DNA of 64,000 nt from a virus: the UHGV virus genome UHGV-0021788, one strand, 5' to 3'. Positions 46,243 through 56,421 of this stretch are shown one piece after another. A program made the position numbers and the translations under genes. Numbering within the stretch: position 1 is the stretch's first letter; the number at the start of each line of letters is the position of its first letter. The notes under the pieces are model-generated. The model made no database searches. It was not told the origin of the DNA and saw only the letters and a program-made list of their open reading frames with translations.

Positions 46243-47775
46243 TTATTTATTTGCTTTTCTATATTCATATTCTTCTTTATTTAATTCTTCTACTTCTTCT
46301 TCATTAAGTAAATGATATTCATCACACCATATTTCAAACTCTCCATTTTGTACCCATTTTGTTTTAGTTATTGTATTTCCATCTTTGTCTATTGTTTCAA
46401 CTTCTTTTTTTTCTTTTTTTGCCTTTTGAAACATATGGTATACATTGATTACACTAAATGCTTTAAATGGTTGTGCTTCATAAATTCCTTCACCAACTTT
46501 TATTTCTATGTTTTTTCCAGTACTTATATTAAAAATCCATGCTTTTTTATTCTTAAATTTGGTTATAACATCAATAACGATACAAGTTGATGAATCATAA
46601 TCTTCAAAATAATAATTACATTCTCCAGTCATTTCAAGATTAATTTTAACCTTATCTATTGATGGCATTTCGTTATCTTCTATATTCAACATTAATTCAT
46701 TACATAATTCTAATGCTTTTTCTACTTTATATTGTTTATATTTATCTTCTTTACTTTTTTCAGTTGCATATTTTTCTATTATTTCTTTAGGATATGGTAG
46801 GTCAGCTTTATTAAATGATACTTCACCTTTCTTAGATTTTAATTTTTTACTCATTATTTTTTCATATAAATCTATAATATCTAATAATTTTTGTGATTTA
46901 CCAAATTCATCGAAGAAATCTATTGCTATTAATATATTAAGTTGTCTTGAGTTTATAGATGTTTTATCATTTAAATCAATAAGTAAATCCATAAAACTAT
47001 TATATTTATTATCTTTTAACATATATAATTCTTGTGATACTTGTTCATTCATATATTTTATACTAGCCATACCTTTATATATAGAATTACTTTCTTTATC
47101 CATAAAATATTCAGCTTTAGAATATCTAAATTTAGGTGGTAATAATTTTATATCAAAATAACTTAATTCTTTTATTAGTCTATTTGTTCTAGTTGAATCA
47201 TCGGAATAAATAGATAGGGCAACTGTATAATATTCAAGAGGATAATGTGATTTTAAAAATGCTCCATACAGACTATCATAGGCATAAGAAAGTGAATGTG
47301 AAGCATTGAATGAATATTTTGAAGCATCATTAACTACTTGCCATGTTTCTTCAAATCCATCAATTGAACCAACTTTATCTATCCAACCTTTTTTTAATTT
47401 TTTTTCTAACTCTATTAATTCTTTTTCTTTAAATTTTTTCTTTGATATTTTTTTAATAATTCCATATGTTTCAGGCTCAGGAATACCTAACCATATTAAA
47501 TATTTCATAATAGATTCTTGATACATCAAATAATGATAACTATCTTCTAACAAATTATCCAATTCTTTTACACCTGTTGTATATGGTTTTCTTTCTATAA
47601 AATTATCTAATAAAGAAGCAAATCCTGGTCTAATTGAAGCAACAAACGCACTCATTTCAGCTACACTAGAAACTTTATATCTTGATGCTAAATTAGTTGC
47701 AAAATCTGAATCAGATTGATTTATTGTACAAGTTATTTTATCTTCATATATTTTAAATGTTTTTTCATCTAACAT
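46243..47775 (-). CDS. dnaE: DNA polymerase III alpha subunit (DnaE-type), C-terminal exon. It may extend a few codons upstream of the Met.
   Basis: FNASHSLSYAYDSLYGAFLKSHYP matches DnaE FNKSH..Y....AYLK.HYP. Confidence 0.7.
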   Translation of the reverse strand: MLDEKTFKIYEDKITCTINQSDSDFATNLASRYKVSSVAEMSAFVASIRPGFASLLDNFIERKPYTTGVKELDNLLEDSYHYLMYQESIMKYLIWLGIPEPETYGIIKKISKKKFKEKELIELEKKLKKGWIDKVGSIDGFEETWQVVNDASKYSFNASHSLSYAYDSLYGAFLKSHYPLEYYTVALSIYSDDSTRTNRLIKELSYFDIKLLPPKFRYSKAEYFMDKESNSIYKGMASIKYMNEQVSQELYMLKDNKYNSFMDLLIDLNDKTSINSRQLNILIAIDFFDEFGKSQKLLDIIDLYEKIMSKKLKSKKGEVSFNKADLPYPKEIIEKYATEKSKEDKYKQYKVEKALELCNELMLNIEDNEMPSIDKVKINLEMTGECNYYFEDYDSSTCIVIDVITKFKNKKAWIFNISTGKNIEIKVGEGIYEAQPFKAFSVINVYHMFQKAKKEKKEVETIDKDGNTITKTKWVQNGEFEIWCDEYHLLNEEEVEELNKEEYEYRKANK

Positions 47776-48197
47776 TTTTTCTAATTCTTTAATAGTCGGT
47801 ATTTTAATATTAGCTAATTCACAAGTTTTTCTTATTAATGTCCAAACTGTAACCGCAAGATACGTTAATACCGTTCCTTTCGGAATACTTTAACACCCAT
47901 TTAAGGGTCGGACTAGACTATACCTTTATCTTCGACATTACTCGTTAAGATATGCCTATTATAGTCGTTGAAGGTTTCCCATTTTAAAGGGATTTCCCTG
48001 CTGATTATCCATTCATTCGCCCTTAGCGCCTTTTACAAGGCTTTTATTTCAGCTTAGGTAATCCTTATAATTTTTTCTGCTTTCGCAACCATCAAGCTTA
48101 ATGTCACCATTTACTTTGTGGTTTATAAGGCTTTAGGAACTCCCAGCAATTTAAGGCATCATAATCTACATAATTTCTTATATAGACGACTATTAAA
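47776..48197 (-). ncRNA. HEG-less group I intron splitting dnaE. It is homologous to +strand introns 1 and 2. Boundaries are approximate.
   Basis: On the - strand: AAUUGCUGGGAGUUCCUAAAGCCUUAUAAAC block (= intron 1 block). GCGAAAGCAGAAAAAAUUAUAAGGAUUA. P7 CAACGACUAUAAU and GGUAUAGUCUAGUCC. UUCCGAAAGGAA GNRA hairpin. Locally higher GC. Confidence 0.6.
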
Positions 48198-51173
48198 TTA
48201 ATCATTCTTTAGATATTTATAAACATCACAATTATAACCATCTAAATTACAACATATTCCTTCTTTAGTTTTTATTAAACCAATTTCTTCTGAAACATTT
48301 TTATCATATAATAACATTGAACAAGGTGATTCTGATATACTTTCTACTACTCCTTTAAATACTTTTGAATCTTTTATTATTTTTCCCCAATATTCATCAT
48401 TTTCATATTGTTCTAAATTTTTAGCTATTTCATCATATTTACTAACATGCATATCATTTGCCTTACACCATAGTCTAAAAGCAGATGAATCTTGTAAAGG
48501 TTTATATGATAAAATCCAAGCACAATTTTCTTCGCCTAATAAATCTTTAGTTGCTTGTATAAATACTGAACGGTCTTCTGTATTTAAATCTACATCAGGC
48601 AATGAACGTGTACCTAATATACGTTCTATACTCATAAATCTAGTTGGATACAATGGAACTGGTGCAGACAATCTATCTATTTCTGTTAAACCTAATAATT
48701 TATTTATAATAAAACTTACAGCTGAATTATGAACTATCATATTATTAAGTAAATAACTATGCTCATTTTCAACTTCTATATCATATACTGTGGTTTTTTG
48801 TTTAGGTAATATAATGATTTCCTTAATAGGAAGATAATAGTAATTATTATCCTCGAAAGTTCTTTCATTTTTTTTCTGTGAATAATTAGAATTTTTATTT
48901 AATCTTAATTTATAAGATTCTTTACATAAATACCCTTCTTTCATTTTATGTTCTTTTCTTACGCTTAAACTATTTACTCCTTCATCCGTCATTAAACATA
49001 ATAATTTATATGCGTTTATTAAAGATTTTGAAGTATTATCGAAATTGATTCTATATTCACAAAAGCTTCCATCTGATAATCTTAATCCTTTTACTATACC
49101 TAATAAATTTTCTTTTGATTGATTAAACCATTTTTCATTAAATATTTTATCTTTTCCTTTTTTAGATTCAAATAATTCCTGTTTAACAAAATTACAAAAT
49201 ACTGTAGAATTAATATATAGTTGACTTAATTTTTTAGTTTTACTTACATTTTCATATATAGATTTATTTAATTTAGATGCTATATTATAAAATATTTCTC
49301 TATTATATTTATCTTTTTCAGTAGTATTGTTTATGGCTAATCCAACACTGGTTTTTTTAGAAGTAAATCCGTCGCCATACATTAATCCTATAAATATATT
49401 AAATTCTTTATCTATTTCAATATATCTTTCTAATTTTGAAAATTGTTTAGATTTAACATATTTAGAATATTCTTCTTGGGTATTAAAAGGTATATAATCC
49501 ATTAAAGCTTTATATTTATCTTTTTTCCTATTAAAACAATTTTTTTTCATATTTGCAAAATTTTCTACTAATGACTTACCAACACCTATTTTTCTTGCAA
49601 CATCACTAGGAGAATATTTATAAATAGTATTAGTTTTTTCATATATATATTTATCATCAAAATCAAATCCGTTGATATTATAATCATTTAAATCAATTAT
49701 CTTATTTAAACTATCCGTAACATTTATTTTAGGTACACATACATAATCTGTTTTCACTATATCTTTTGCTTGTATCCATTTTAATGTATTATTTCTGTTT
49801 ATAAGTATTTTATGGTCTAAAGTACATACAGTTGGATAATATTTATCAGTACCATAGATATGTTTAATTTGAACTAATTCTTCTTCTATATCATATTTTG
49901 CAGTGTTAATTACCTTATTAAAATTTCCACTTTCTGTAATTACATAATCACCTATTTTAACATCCTTTATAGATTTTAAAGAATTTTTTGTATGAACTAA
50001 AGCATCTTCAGTAAAACATCCTCTTCCAGTCTTAGTTAATAAACCATTATATTTATTTATTGCTCTTTGACATATTTTATAATCTAATATAAAATAATCT
50101 TCCATGTGTGTTTTTTCGATTATATTAAATTCATATTTTATAGCATCTAAATACTCATTCCATCTTTCTTTAGGTATCGTATCTCTTATTTCCACCCATC
50201 TTTTATTAATTATATCTTTTAATTCTTTATTTGGATTATCAGATATTGATGGCATTTTAATTTCTTTATCCAATATAATATTTTCACATTCGTCAAAAAT
50301 TAAAGTATTATTAATTGCGACTTTTATTTGTTCTTCATTTAATACATTTTGTTTATTATATCTTTCTATTATAGTTTCTACATTAGGATAATCTAATATA
50401 AAATTTGTTTCTTCTTTATATATAATACCTTTTGCTTTAAGAAATAATTCTCTATAAATATAATCTTGTGGATTAATATAATGAGAATCATTACCATGAA
50501 TGATATTAATATTATATTTTTCACTTAAACATATAATTTTTCTATTAAGATTTTTTTGTATATCTTCATTATGGTTTTGAACTTCTAAATAAAAATTATC
50601 ACCAAAATACTCTTTCATTTTTATAATCCAATCATCTAAGCCTTCATCATTTCTTAAACGACCAGCAACACAAGCTGTTGTTATGATTACATTGTTTGGA
50701 TTAACACTAAATAATAATTCATCATCTATTCTATTTTTATAATATACTCCATCTATATTGCTATAGGATAATATTCTATTTAGGTCTCTATATCCATCTT
50801 TGTTTTTTGCTATTATAACTAAGTGATAATTAGAGTTATCTTTTTCTTTTCTATCTTTAACATAATATACTTCTGCACCAACTACCATTTTAATACCTTT
50901 GTATGATTTATCACAAACATCTTTATATTGACATTTTTCACAATTATGTTTAGTATATTCATTATTTTCTTGAGTAAGTTTCACACATACTTCGCTACAT
51001 AGAGTATGTGCTTCATATACATTACCTTGATAACCATGTTCAGTAGTAAAATATATTGCATCTTTACCATCTAATTCAATTGCTCTAACTATATATTCTA
51101 TTGGTTTAGCGACTACATCTAAACTTTTAATATTACTATATATTTTATGTGAATGATAATTATTACATCTCAT
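48198..51173 (-). CDS. dnaE: DNA polymerase III alpha subunit, N-terminal exon (PHP domain plus palm). It contains an intein.
   Basis: N-terminal PHP His motifs. ..GLLTKTGRG / SAVSFIINKLLGLTEIDRL is contiguous DnaE sequence once the intein is removed. Confidence 0.7.
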   Translation of the reverse strand: MRCNNYHSHKIYSNIKSLDVVAKPIEYIVRAIELDGKDAIYFTTEHGYQGNVYEAHTLCSEVCVKLTQENNEYTKHNCEKCQYKDVCDKSYKGIKMVVGAEVYYVKDRKEKDNSNYHLVIIAKNKDGYRDLNRILSYSNIDGVYYKNRIDDELLFSVNPNNVIITTACVAGRLRNDEGLDDWIIKMKEYFGDNFYLEVQNHNEDIQKNLNRKIICLSEKYNINIIHGNDSHYINPQDYIYRELFLKAKGIIYKEETNFILDYPNVETIIERYNKQNVLNEEQIKVAINNTLIFDECENIILDKEIKMPSISDNPNKELKDIINKRWVEIRDTIPKERWNEYLDAIKYEFNIIEKTHMEDYFILDYKICQRAINKYNGLLTKTGRGCFTEDALVHTKNSLKSIKDVKIGDYVITESGNFNKVINTAKYDIEEELVQIKHIYGTDKYYPTVCTLDHKILINRNNTLKWIQAKDIVKTDYVCVPKINVTDSLNKIIDLNDYNINGFDFDDKYIYEKTNTIYKYSPSDVARKIGVGKSLVENFANMKKNCFNRKKDKYKALMDYIPFNTQEEYSKYVKSKQFSKLERYIEIDKEFNIFIGLMYGDGFTSKKTSVGLAINNTTEKDKYNREIFYNIASKLNKSIYENVSKTKKLSQLYINSTVFCNFVKQELFESKKGKDKIFNEKWFNQSKENLLGIVKGLRLSDGSFCEYRINFDNTSKSLINAYKLLCLMTDEGVNSLSVRKEHKMKEGYLCKESYKLRLNKNSNYSQKKNERTFEDNNYYYLPIKEIIILPKQKTTVYDIEVENEHSYLLNNMIVHNSAVSFIINKLLGLTEIDRLSAPVPLYPTRFMSIERILGTRSLPDVDLNTEDRSVFIQATKDLLGEENCAWILSYKPLQDSSAFRLWCKANDMHVSKYDEIAKNLEQYENDEYWGKIIKDSKVFKGVVESISESPCSMLLYDKNVSEEIGLIKTKEGICCNLDGYNCDVYKYLKND
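48726..50018 (-). mobile_element. Intein (431 aa) with a LAGLIDADG homing endonuclease domain, inserted at the DnaE GRG/S site.
   Basis: Begins CFTEDALV after GRG. Two LAGLIDADG motifs (IGLMYGDGF, LGIVKGLRLSDGSF). Ends VHN followed by extein Ser. Confidence 0.8.
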
Positions 51174-51202
51174 ATATATTCTCCCTTCTTTCCTTTATTT
51201 AT

Positions 51203-51231
51203 ATTATACTATATTTTTTATTAAAAGTAAA
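51203..51231 (-). promoter_or_regulatory. Family promoter upstream of dnaE.
   Basis: The rc reads TTTACTTTTAATAAAAAATATAGTATAATATAAATAAAGG. Confidence 0.6.
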
Positions 51232-51232
51232 T

Positions 51233-51259
51233 AAGGATAGAGAATTTATCTCTATCCTT
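51233..51259 (-). terminator. Hairpin terminator after gene 51266..51724.
   Basis: 11-bp stem AAGGATAGAGA/TCTCTATCCTT. Confidence 0.55.
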
Positions 51260-51265
51260 AACAAA

Positions 51266-51724
51266 TTAATATATTAATATAATCCTATCTAAATCTTTTC
51301 CATTATTATGAACTGTCAATGGTAATAAATAATTTGTTATTATGTCACTAGTAACTTTAATATCATCATCACCTATACAGTCAATGAAAATTTGGTCAAC
51401 TCGCATACCTCTAACTGATTCTATATTACAATCACCTTTTATCATTATTAAGATTTTTTCATTATTACCTATCAAACAATCTATGATTACTTCATCGGTT
51501 TCTTTTCTTATATTCATAATATCCATGCAATCCATATATGTAACTATTGTCTTATGAATTGTACTATAAGTTTTTTCTATATCCGATGTTATAAATAACA
51601 ATGTTCCATAATTTTTTTCTCTAAATACCCAATAATCATCTAATAATTTTTCAAAGGTTCTAATTCTTCTAATTTTTCTAATGTGCAATACACTATCGCA
51701 ATATTGAAATAATTCTTTTTTCAT
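51266..51724 (-). CDS. Hypothetical protein.
   Basis: ORF 152 aa. Confidence 0.4.
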   Translation of the reverse strand: MKKELFQYCDSVLHIRKIRRIRTFEKLLDDYWVFREKNYGTLLFITSDIEKTYSTIHKTIVTYMDCMDIMNIRKETDEVIIDCLIGNNEKILIMIKGDCNIESVRGMRVDQIFIDCIGDDDIKVTSDIITNYLLPLTVHNNGKDLDRIILIY

Positions 51725-51757
51725 TTTTATATCTCCCTCTTTTATATAAAATTTTAT

Positions 51758-53554
51758 TTAAAATGGTACATTTTTATCTTTTTTCTTTTTATCTTTATCA
51801 ATATGAGTTTTTGCACTTTTTATTTCAAAACATGGTTGTTTTTTATAATTATCCCAACCAATTGATACTACCATTTCATCTATTATTATATCGGGTCTTC
51901 CAAATACACCTTTCATTTCTTCTTCACATAAAAAGTCTTCTTTAAATACCCTAGAGCAAAATTCTTTTTTAAATGTTATACCGTCTATATTAAATGTTAA
52001 TAATGTTGGATATGGATTCTTTATATTCGCAGGTTTAATTTTTAAATCCTTTAATAAGAAGGTCGGCTTAGGACAAAACGTAAACCATAATGGTTTTAAA
52101 TCAACTATTTCATTCATTTGTTTAAATGATATATCATCTAAATCTATTACACAATCTATATTAATTGCTACATCTTCTACTTCTACATCTTCCATAACTT
52201 TATCAATTCTCTTTTTCACTCTTCTTATATTACTATAATCTGTTTCTACACCAGCAGAACCATTATGTCCTTTTACTGTAAGTATTTCTGTTGATTCAAG
52301 AATTGATTTAAAATCATCTATACCATAAGTTCTCATACTACCTATTAATCTATCTTTTTTAGGTGAAACAGATAATAATACTACAGGTTTTTTATATATG
52401 TCAATTAAATTGGTGGCTATTAATCCAGTTATTCTTTTATCAACTAATTTTCTTTCTTCATCTATTATTGTTAAAACTTTACTATCATTACAATTATTTT
52501 CTTCTATATATTTCTCACAAAGTTTTATGCATTCTTTTTTCTTTTTATCTTGCTTTTGCTTAACACTTTTAGCAATTCTAACCATATGTTGTTGTAATGT
52601 TTCTATTTGAACTTGTGGGTTAGGATTATTTTTAGATTTTCTAGGTTTATATTCAAACTCTTCTTCTTCTCCTATTAATGCTTTAAATAATAATTCACAT
52701 TCTTCCATACTACCAAATCTTATAGTTCCATTTATAATATTAGCTAAATTAAACGATATTGTTTCAGGTGTTATATCATCTAAATCAAAATCTTTTAATA
52801 TTTCTTTAAAAAATTCATTTCTTATATTATTTAAACCTTTATGAACTAAGTATGCAACTTCTTTATCATGTATATCCATTATATCAGCTATACAACCAAT
52901 TGCAACTAAATCCAAATAATGTTCTAACTCATTCTCAGTCATTCCGACTAGGAACTTATAAACAACTCCTACACCACTTAAATTATGTGAATATTCATCC
53001 AACTGATTATTGACAATAACTCCAATAAGAGCATTACTTGTATCTCTAAATACTGTTTTAAAATCTTCACCATTAGACTGCGGAATATGGTGGTCAACGA
53101 CTAAAATTCTTTTTCCCATTGTCAACAACTCTTTAATTTCCTTAAAATCATTAGTAGAGGCATCAGGTATTATCAAAAATTCTACACTAGATTTTTTTAT
53201 TCGTTTAAAAACTTTTGGGTCAAGTCCATGAAATTTTCCATCATGAAAAAATAAAGTTATCTTTTCTTTAGGAATTTGACATTCATTAATTAAAAACAAA
53301 TACATTAAAGCAGAACTAGTATATCCATCTACATCGGTATCAACTAAGATACCGATGTCACTTCCTTTATCAAGTTCACTTATGAATAATTCTATTCCTT
53401 TGTCTACATTTTTTATTTTAAATGGCATTTCTTGATATTCAGATGTAGGATTAAGTAAAAAATCCACATCTTTTTCAGTCAATTCTCTATTTTTTAATAC
53501 TATATCTCTTAATGTTCTACCGAAGGTGTTTTCTGTTTTTATATTATATTTCAT
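51758..53554 (-). CDS. RecJ-like DHH-family single-strand exonuclease.
   Basis: DHH motifs GILVDTDVDGYTSS, LVVDHHIP. DHHA1-like GHNGSAGVE. Confidence 0.6.
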   Translation of the reverse strand: MKYNIKTENTFGRTLRDIVLKNRELTEKDVDFLLNPTSEYQEMPFKIKNVDKGIELFISELDKGSDIGILVDTDVDGYTSSALMYLFLINECQIPKEKITLFFHDGKFHGLDPKVFKRIKKSSVEFLIIPDASTNDFKEIKELLTMGKRILVVDHHIPQSNGEDFKTVFRDTSNALIGVIVNNQLDEYSHNLSGVGVVYKFLVGMTENELEHYLDLVAIGCIADIMDIHDKEVAYLVHKGLNNIRNEFFKEILKDFDLDDITPETISFNLANIINGTIRFGSMEECELLFKALIGEEEEFEYKPRKSKNNPNPQVQIETLQQHMVRIAKSVKQKQDKKKKECIKLCEKYIEENNCNDSKVLTIIDEERKLVDKRITGLIATNLIDIYKKPVVLLSVSPKKDRLIGSMRTYGIDDFKSILESTEILTVKGHNGSAGVETDYSNIRRVKKRIDKVMEDVEVEDVAINIDCVIDLDDISFKQMNEIVDLKPLWFTFCPKPTFLLKDLKIKPANIKNPYPTLLTFNIDGITFKKEFCSRVFKEDFLCEEEMKGVFGRPDIIIDEMVVSIGWDNYKKQPCFEIKSAKTHIDKDKKKKDKNVPF

Positions 53555-53566
53555 ATATTCACCAAC

Positions 53567-53788
53567 CTAATCTTCGTATTCTTCTATTTCTAATAAATTA
53601 ACATACAAAAATGTTTTATATACGCTTTTATCATAACTAGATACTTCAAGTTCCACATAACTATTTGTTAAGTCAGCTATTTTTCCTATTACATTTTCGT
53701 CTTTAGTTCTTACTCTTATATAATCTCCAACAATTAGAGTAATTTCTTTACCATTATTTTCTATTGTATACATTTTTCTTATTTCCAT
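53567..53788 (-). CDS. Hypothetical small protein.
   Basis: ORF 73 aa. Confidence 0.35.
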   Translation of the reverse strand: MEIRKMYTIENNGKEITLIVGDYIRVRTKDENVIGKIADLTNSYVELEVSSYDKSVYKTFLYVNLLEIEEYED

Positions 53789-53821
53789 TATTTTACATTC
53801 TCTCTTTCTTTTAATAATATT

Positions 53822-54679
53822 TTATTCATTAATTACTTTTATATATTCATCATAAGATTTAAATTTATTATTAGAAATGTTTTCAATAGTTTTGTTTAGT
53901 CTTTCTAAGCCTTCTTTTACTTGATTTTCTGATATTTCACTTCCTAAATAATCTAATCCTCTTATAACACAAGCATTTTGAGTTGTGCAAGTTCCACTGA
54001 ATGGGTCATATATTAAAGCATTATCTTTACAATATATATTCATTAACTTCATTATCAATTCAGTACTATATGTAGCTTTATTTAATTTACTAGGATTATC
54101 ATTATTTTTTGCTTCAATAAAATTAAAATAATTTGCATACATCTTTTGTCCGGTTTTTCTAACACTTGTTACTTCTTTATTAGCATTAAATGTTTTAAAC
54201 TCGGATTTTCTACAAAACACAAAGACATGTTCAACAATTCTAGTTAATTTATTAGGAGAAGTGTTATTAGGTAGTGCTGATTTCTTTTTCCATATAATAT
54301 CATCAGCTATTATAAAATTTGTATTTTTAATTATCTCGGCTACAACTAACCACATTAAATGTGTATTTTCACTTCCATAATTCATATTATATAATATACA
54401 TCCATTTTTATTTAATATATTATCAAATTCATTAAATAATTTAAGTGTAAAGTTAATATATTCATCATCATTCATATTATCTAAATGTACATCATATCTT
54501 CCTTCATAATTATCCCTAGACTTTTGAGTTTTATGACATTTGCTTCCTCTACCAGTATTATAAAAAGGAGATGTTATGATGTTATCAACCTTAACATCAT
54601 CCTTAATCATTCTTTCCATAGTTACAAAGCAATCCTCAACATATATCTTATTTAATTCCATATACATATATCCCTCCAT
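53822..54679 (-). CDS. DNA methyltransferase (beta-class amino-MTase, N6A or N4C). Orphan: no adjacent restriction enzyme.
   Basis: Motif IV ITSPFY precedes motif I DPFSGTCTT. Confidence 0.65.
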   Translation of the reverse strand: MEGYMYMELNKIYVEDCFVTMERMIKDDVKVDNIITSPFYNTGRGSKCHKTQKSRDNYEGRYDVHLDNMNDDEYINFTLKLFNEFDNILNKNGCILYNMNYGSENTHLMWLVVAEIIKNTNFIIADDIIWKKKSALPNNTSPNKLTRIVEHVFVFCRKSEFKTFNANKEVTSVRKTGQKMYANYFNFIEAKNNDNPSKLNKATYSTELIMKLMNIYCKDNALIYDPFSGTCTTQNACVIRGLDYLGSEISENQVKEGLERLNKTIENISNNKFKSYDEYIKVINE

Positions 54680-54711
54680 TTTTATATATTACAAATAATA
54701 TATCAAATTTT

Positions 54712-54852
54712 CTATTCGTTTATATCACTTTCATTTTTTAATTTTTTATATAAACTACAAAGAACATAAAAATTATATAATTTTATTGATTTACCCATGT
54801 AACTTTTTACACCAAACTCATCTCTTAATTTTTTTATTAAAATACTTTTCAT
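54712..54852 (-). CDS. Small ORF (46 aa), ends ..SDINE.
   Basis: RBS AAAGGAGAG. Similar 3' end to ORF 42972. Confidence 0.35.
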   Translation of the reverse strand: MKSILIKKLRDEFGVKSYMGKSIKLYNFYVLCSLYKKLKNESDINE

Positions 54853-54885
54853 ACTTAATCTCTCCTTTATTTATCTATTTACTTA

Positions 54886-54914
54886 TATTATACTATTATT
54901 CTTATTAAAAATCA
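54886..54914 (-). promoter_or_regulatory. Family promoter (TTGATT/TATAAT).
   Basis: The rc reads TTGATTTTTAATAAGAATAATAGTATAATATAAGTAAATA. Confidence 0.7.
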
Positions 54915-54918
54915 ATTG

Positions 54919-55278
54919 TTATTTAAGATTTTCTTTTGATAATTTTTCTGCAACTTCATTAATTTCATTAAAATAGAAAAATACATCATGAAATTTTTTA
55001 ACTTCTTTATCTAATTCTTTAGTTCTACTATAGTATCCATCAAAAGAACAATGTATTCTCAAGGGTAAATCTTTATTATTTATAAGTCTACAACTGTCTA
55101 AAATTGAAGAATAAATAACATCTTCTATTTTCTTGTATTGTATGATTCCACTACTAACCTTTTTATCTGCAATAAGTTCCAATTCATTATTAATGTATTT
55201 AAGATAAATACCATAACTAGCTTTGGTTGTTTTGTTTATTTTATTAACAAATATATAAACTTCTATTAAACTATTCAT
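54919..55278 (-). CDS. Hypothetical protein.
   Basis: ORF 119 aa. Confidence 0.4.
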   Translation of the reverse strand: MNSLIEVYIFVNKINKTTKASYGIYLKYINNELELIADKKVSSGIIQYKKIEDVIYSSILDSCRLINNKDLPLRIHCSFDGYYSRTKELDKEVKKFHDVFFYFNEINEVAEKLSKENLK

Positions 55279-55660
55279 ATTTTCTAGCCTCTTTCAATAA
55301 TATCTCAAATATTTCCCTACCTTTATCAGCTGGAGATTCTTTTAAATCTAAGTATTTACCATTTTTATCTTCTATGATATAACATTCAAGATTAAAATTT
55401 ACTATTTTTTGACATATTTTATTTAACTTATTTTCCCATTTTTCTCCTTCTCTATCAAATGCTAAATATACCTTTTCACAACCATTAACTTTTAAAAGAT
55501 TAAGTTGATATTCTGATACTGAACTTCCACCTACTGCAACAGAAGGATTATTACCATAAATTGAATCCATTTTTAATACTGATTTTTCTGCTTCAAATAT
55601 AATACATTTTTTATATTCTTTTATTGATTCCTTATTTTTATCAATACCATAAGCATTCAT
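55271..55660 (-). CDS. Primase Toprim-domain segment (C-terminal part of a DnaG-like primase). The frame is open upstream to ~55768 without a start codon.
   Basis: IIFEAEKS...VAVGGSS...YLAFDREGE Toprim pattern. Confidence 0.5.
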   Translation of the reverse strand: MNAYGIDKNKESIKEYKKCIIFEAEKSVLKMDSIYGNNPSVAVGGSSVSEYQLNLLKVNGCEKVYLAFDREGEKWENKLNKICQKIVNFNLECYIIEDKNGKYLDLKESPADKGREIFEILLKEARKYE

Positions 55661-55790
55661 TGAAAGTTTATGTTTATACGTTATCTTATGTGTAAATGAT
55701 GTATAAGGTACATATTTTCTTCCAAATACTTCTACTTGTTTCTTATCTAAATTTCTTTCCCTTATGCCGACCAGCCTTCCAAACTGGTCT

Positions 55791-56318
55791 CTATGTGGGT
55801 ATGATTATTGAATTATTTTCAATATTAAATTTAATACCATATTTATTCATAGTTTCAATTGATATACCTTCATAAATCCATTCGATAGCTTTATAATTGA
55901 CAAAAGTATTAAGTATGCTTTCATCATATTGTGGCAATTGTTCATTAAAGTCTATTTCTTTTTTTATAGGTTTTCTTATAGGAACTTCTTTTTTCTTAGG
56001 TCTACCAAATCCTTTTTGAAAATTCATATTTAAATTAAAATAATCCTCAATAAATTCAACTGATTCTGTAAATGTTAAATCCATTACTTCTTGAACTAAT
56101 GTTATTATATCAAAACTACCACAATTTGTATAACAATGGAAAATTAAAGAATCTTTATATAATTCACATTTCCATGATTCACCACTATGACATAGAGATG
56201 TATTCATAACCATTTTCTCATTTGTTTCCATCTGTTCATTAAATTCTCCGCCTAAATATAAAACTAAATCAACTATCATATCCAATGTAAGTTTATCTTT
56301 AAGTTCTTTACTATTCAA
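55791..56318 (-). CDS. Primase zinc-binding (zf-CHC2) N-terminal segment. It is separated from the Toprim segment by a -1 frameshift near 55770-55795.
   Basis: SLCHSGESWKCELYKDSLIFHCYTNCGSFDIITLVQEV zf-CHC2 motif. Confidence 0.65.
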   Translation of the reverse strand: MNSKELKDKLTLDMIVDLVLYLGGEFNEQMETNEKMVMNTSLCHSGESWKCELYKDSLIFHCYTNCGSFDIITLVQEVMDLTFTESVEFIEDYFNLNMNFQKGFGRPKKKEVPIRKPIKKEIDFNEQLPQYDESILNTFVNYKAIEWIYEGISIETMNKYGIKFNIENNSIIIPT

Positions 56319-56341
56319 TTAACTCACCATCCTTTACTTAT

Positions 56342-56370
56342 ATTATACTAAAAATTTTATTAAAAGTAAA
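56342..56370 (-). promoter_or_regulatory. Family promoter upstream of the primase.
   Basis: The rc reads TTTACTTTTAATAAAATTTTTAGTATAATATAAGTAAAGG. Confidence 0.6.
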
Positions 56371-56400
56371 TAAAAAGAGATGTAAATGTTTACATCTCTT
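56371..56400 (-). terminator. Rho-independent terminator after the FtsH-like gene.
   Basis: 11-bp stem AGAGATGTAAA/TTTACATCTCT plus a T-run. Confidence 0.7.
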
Positions 56401-56421
56401 TTTTATAGCATGTCTTATTTA

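Noticed and set aside
47776-48197. A plain intergenic gap between two polymerase subunit genes.
   Set aside because: The sequence is homologous to introns 1 and 2 and contains P7 and GNRA elements. The flanking ORFs are contiguous DnaE sequence.
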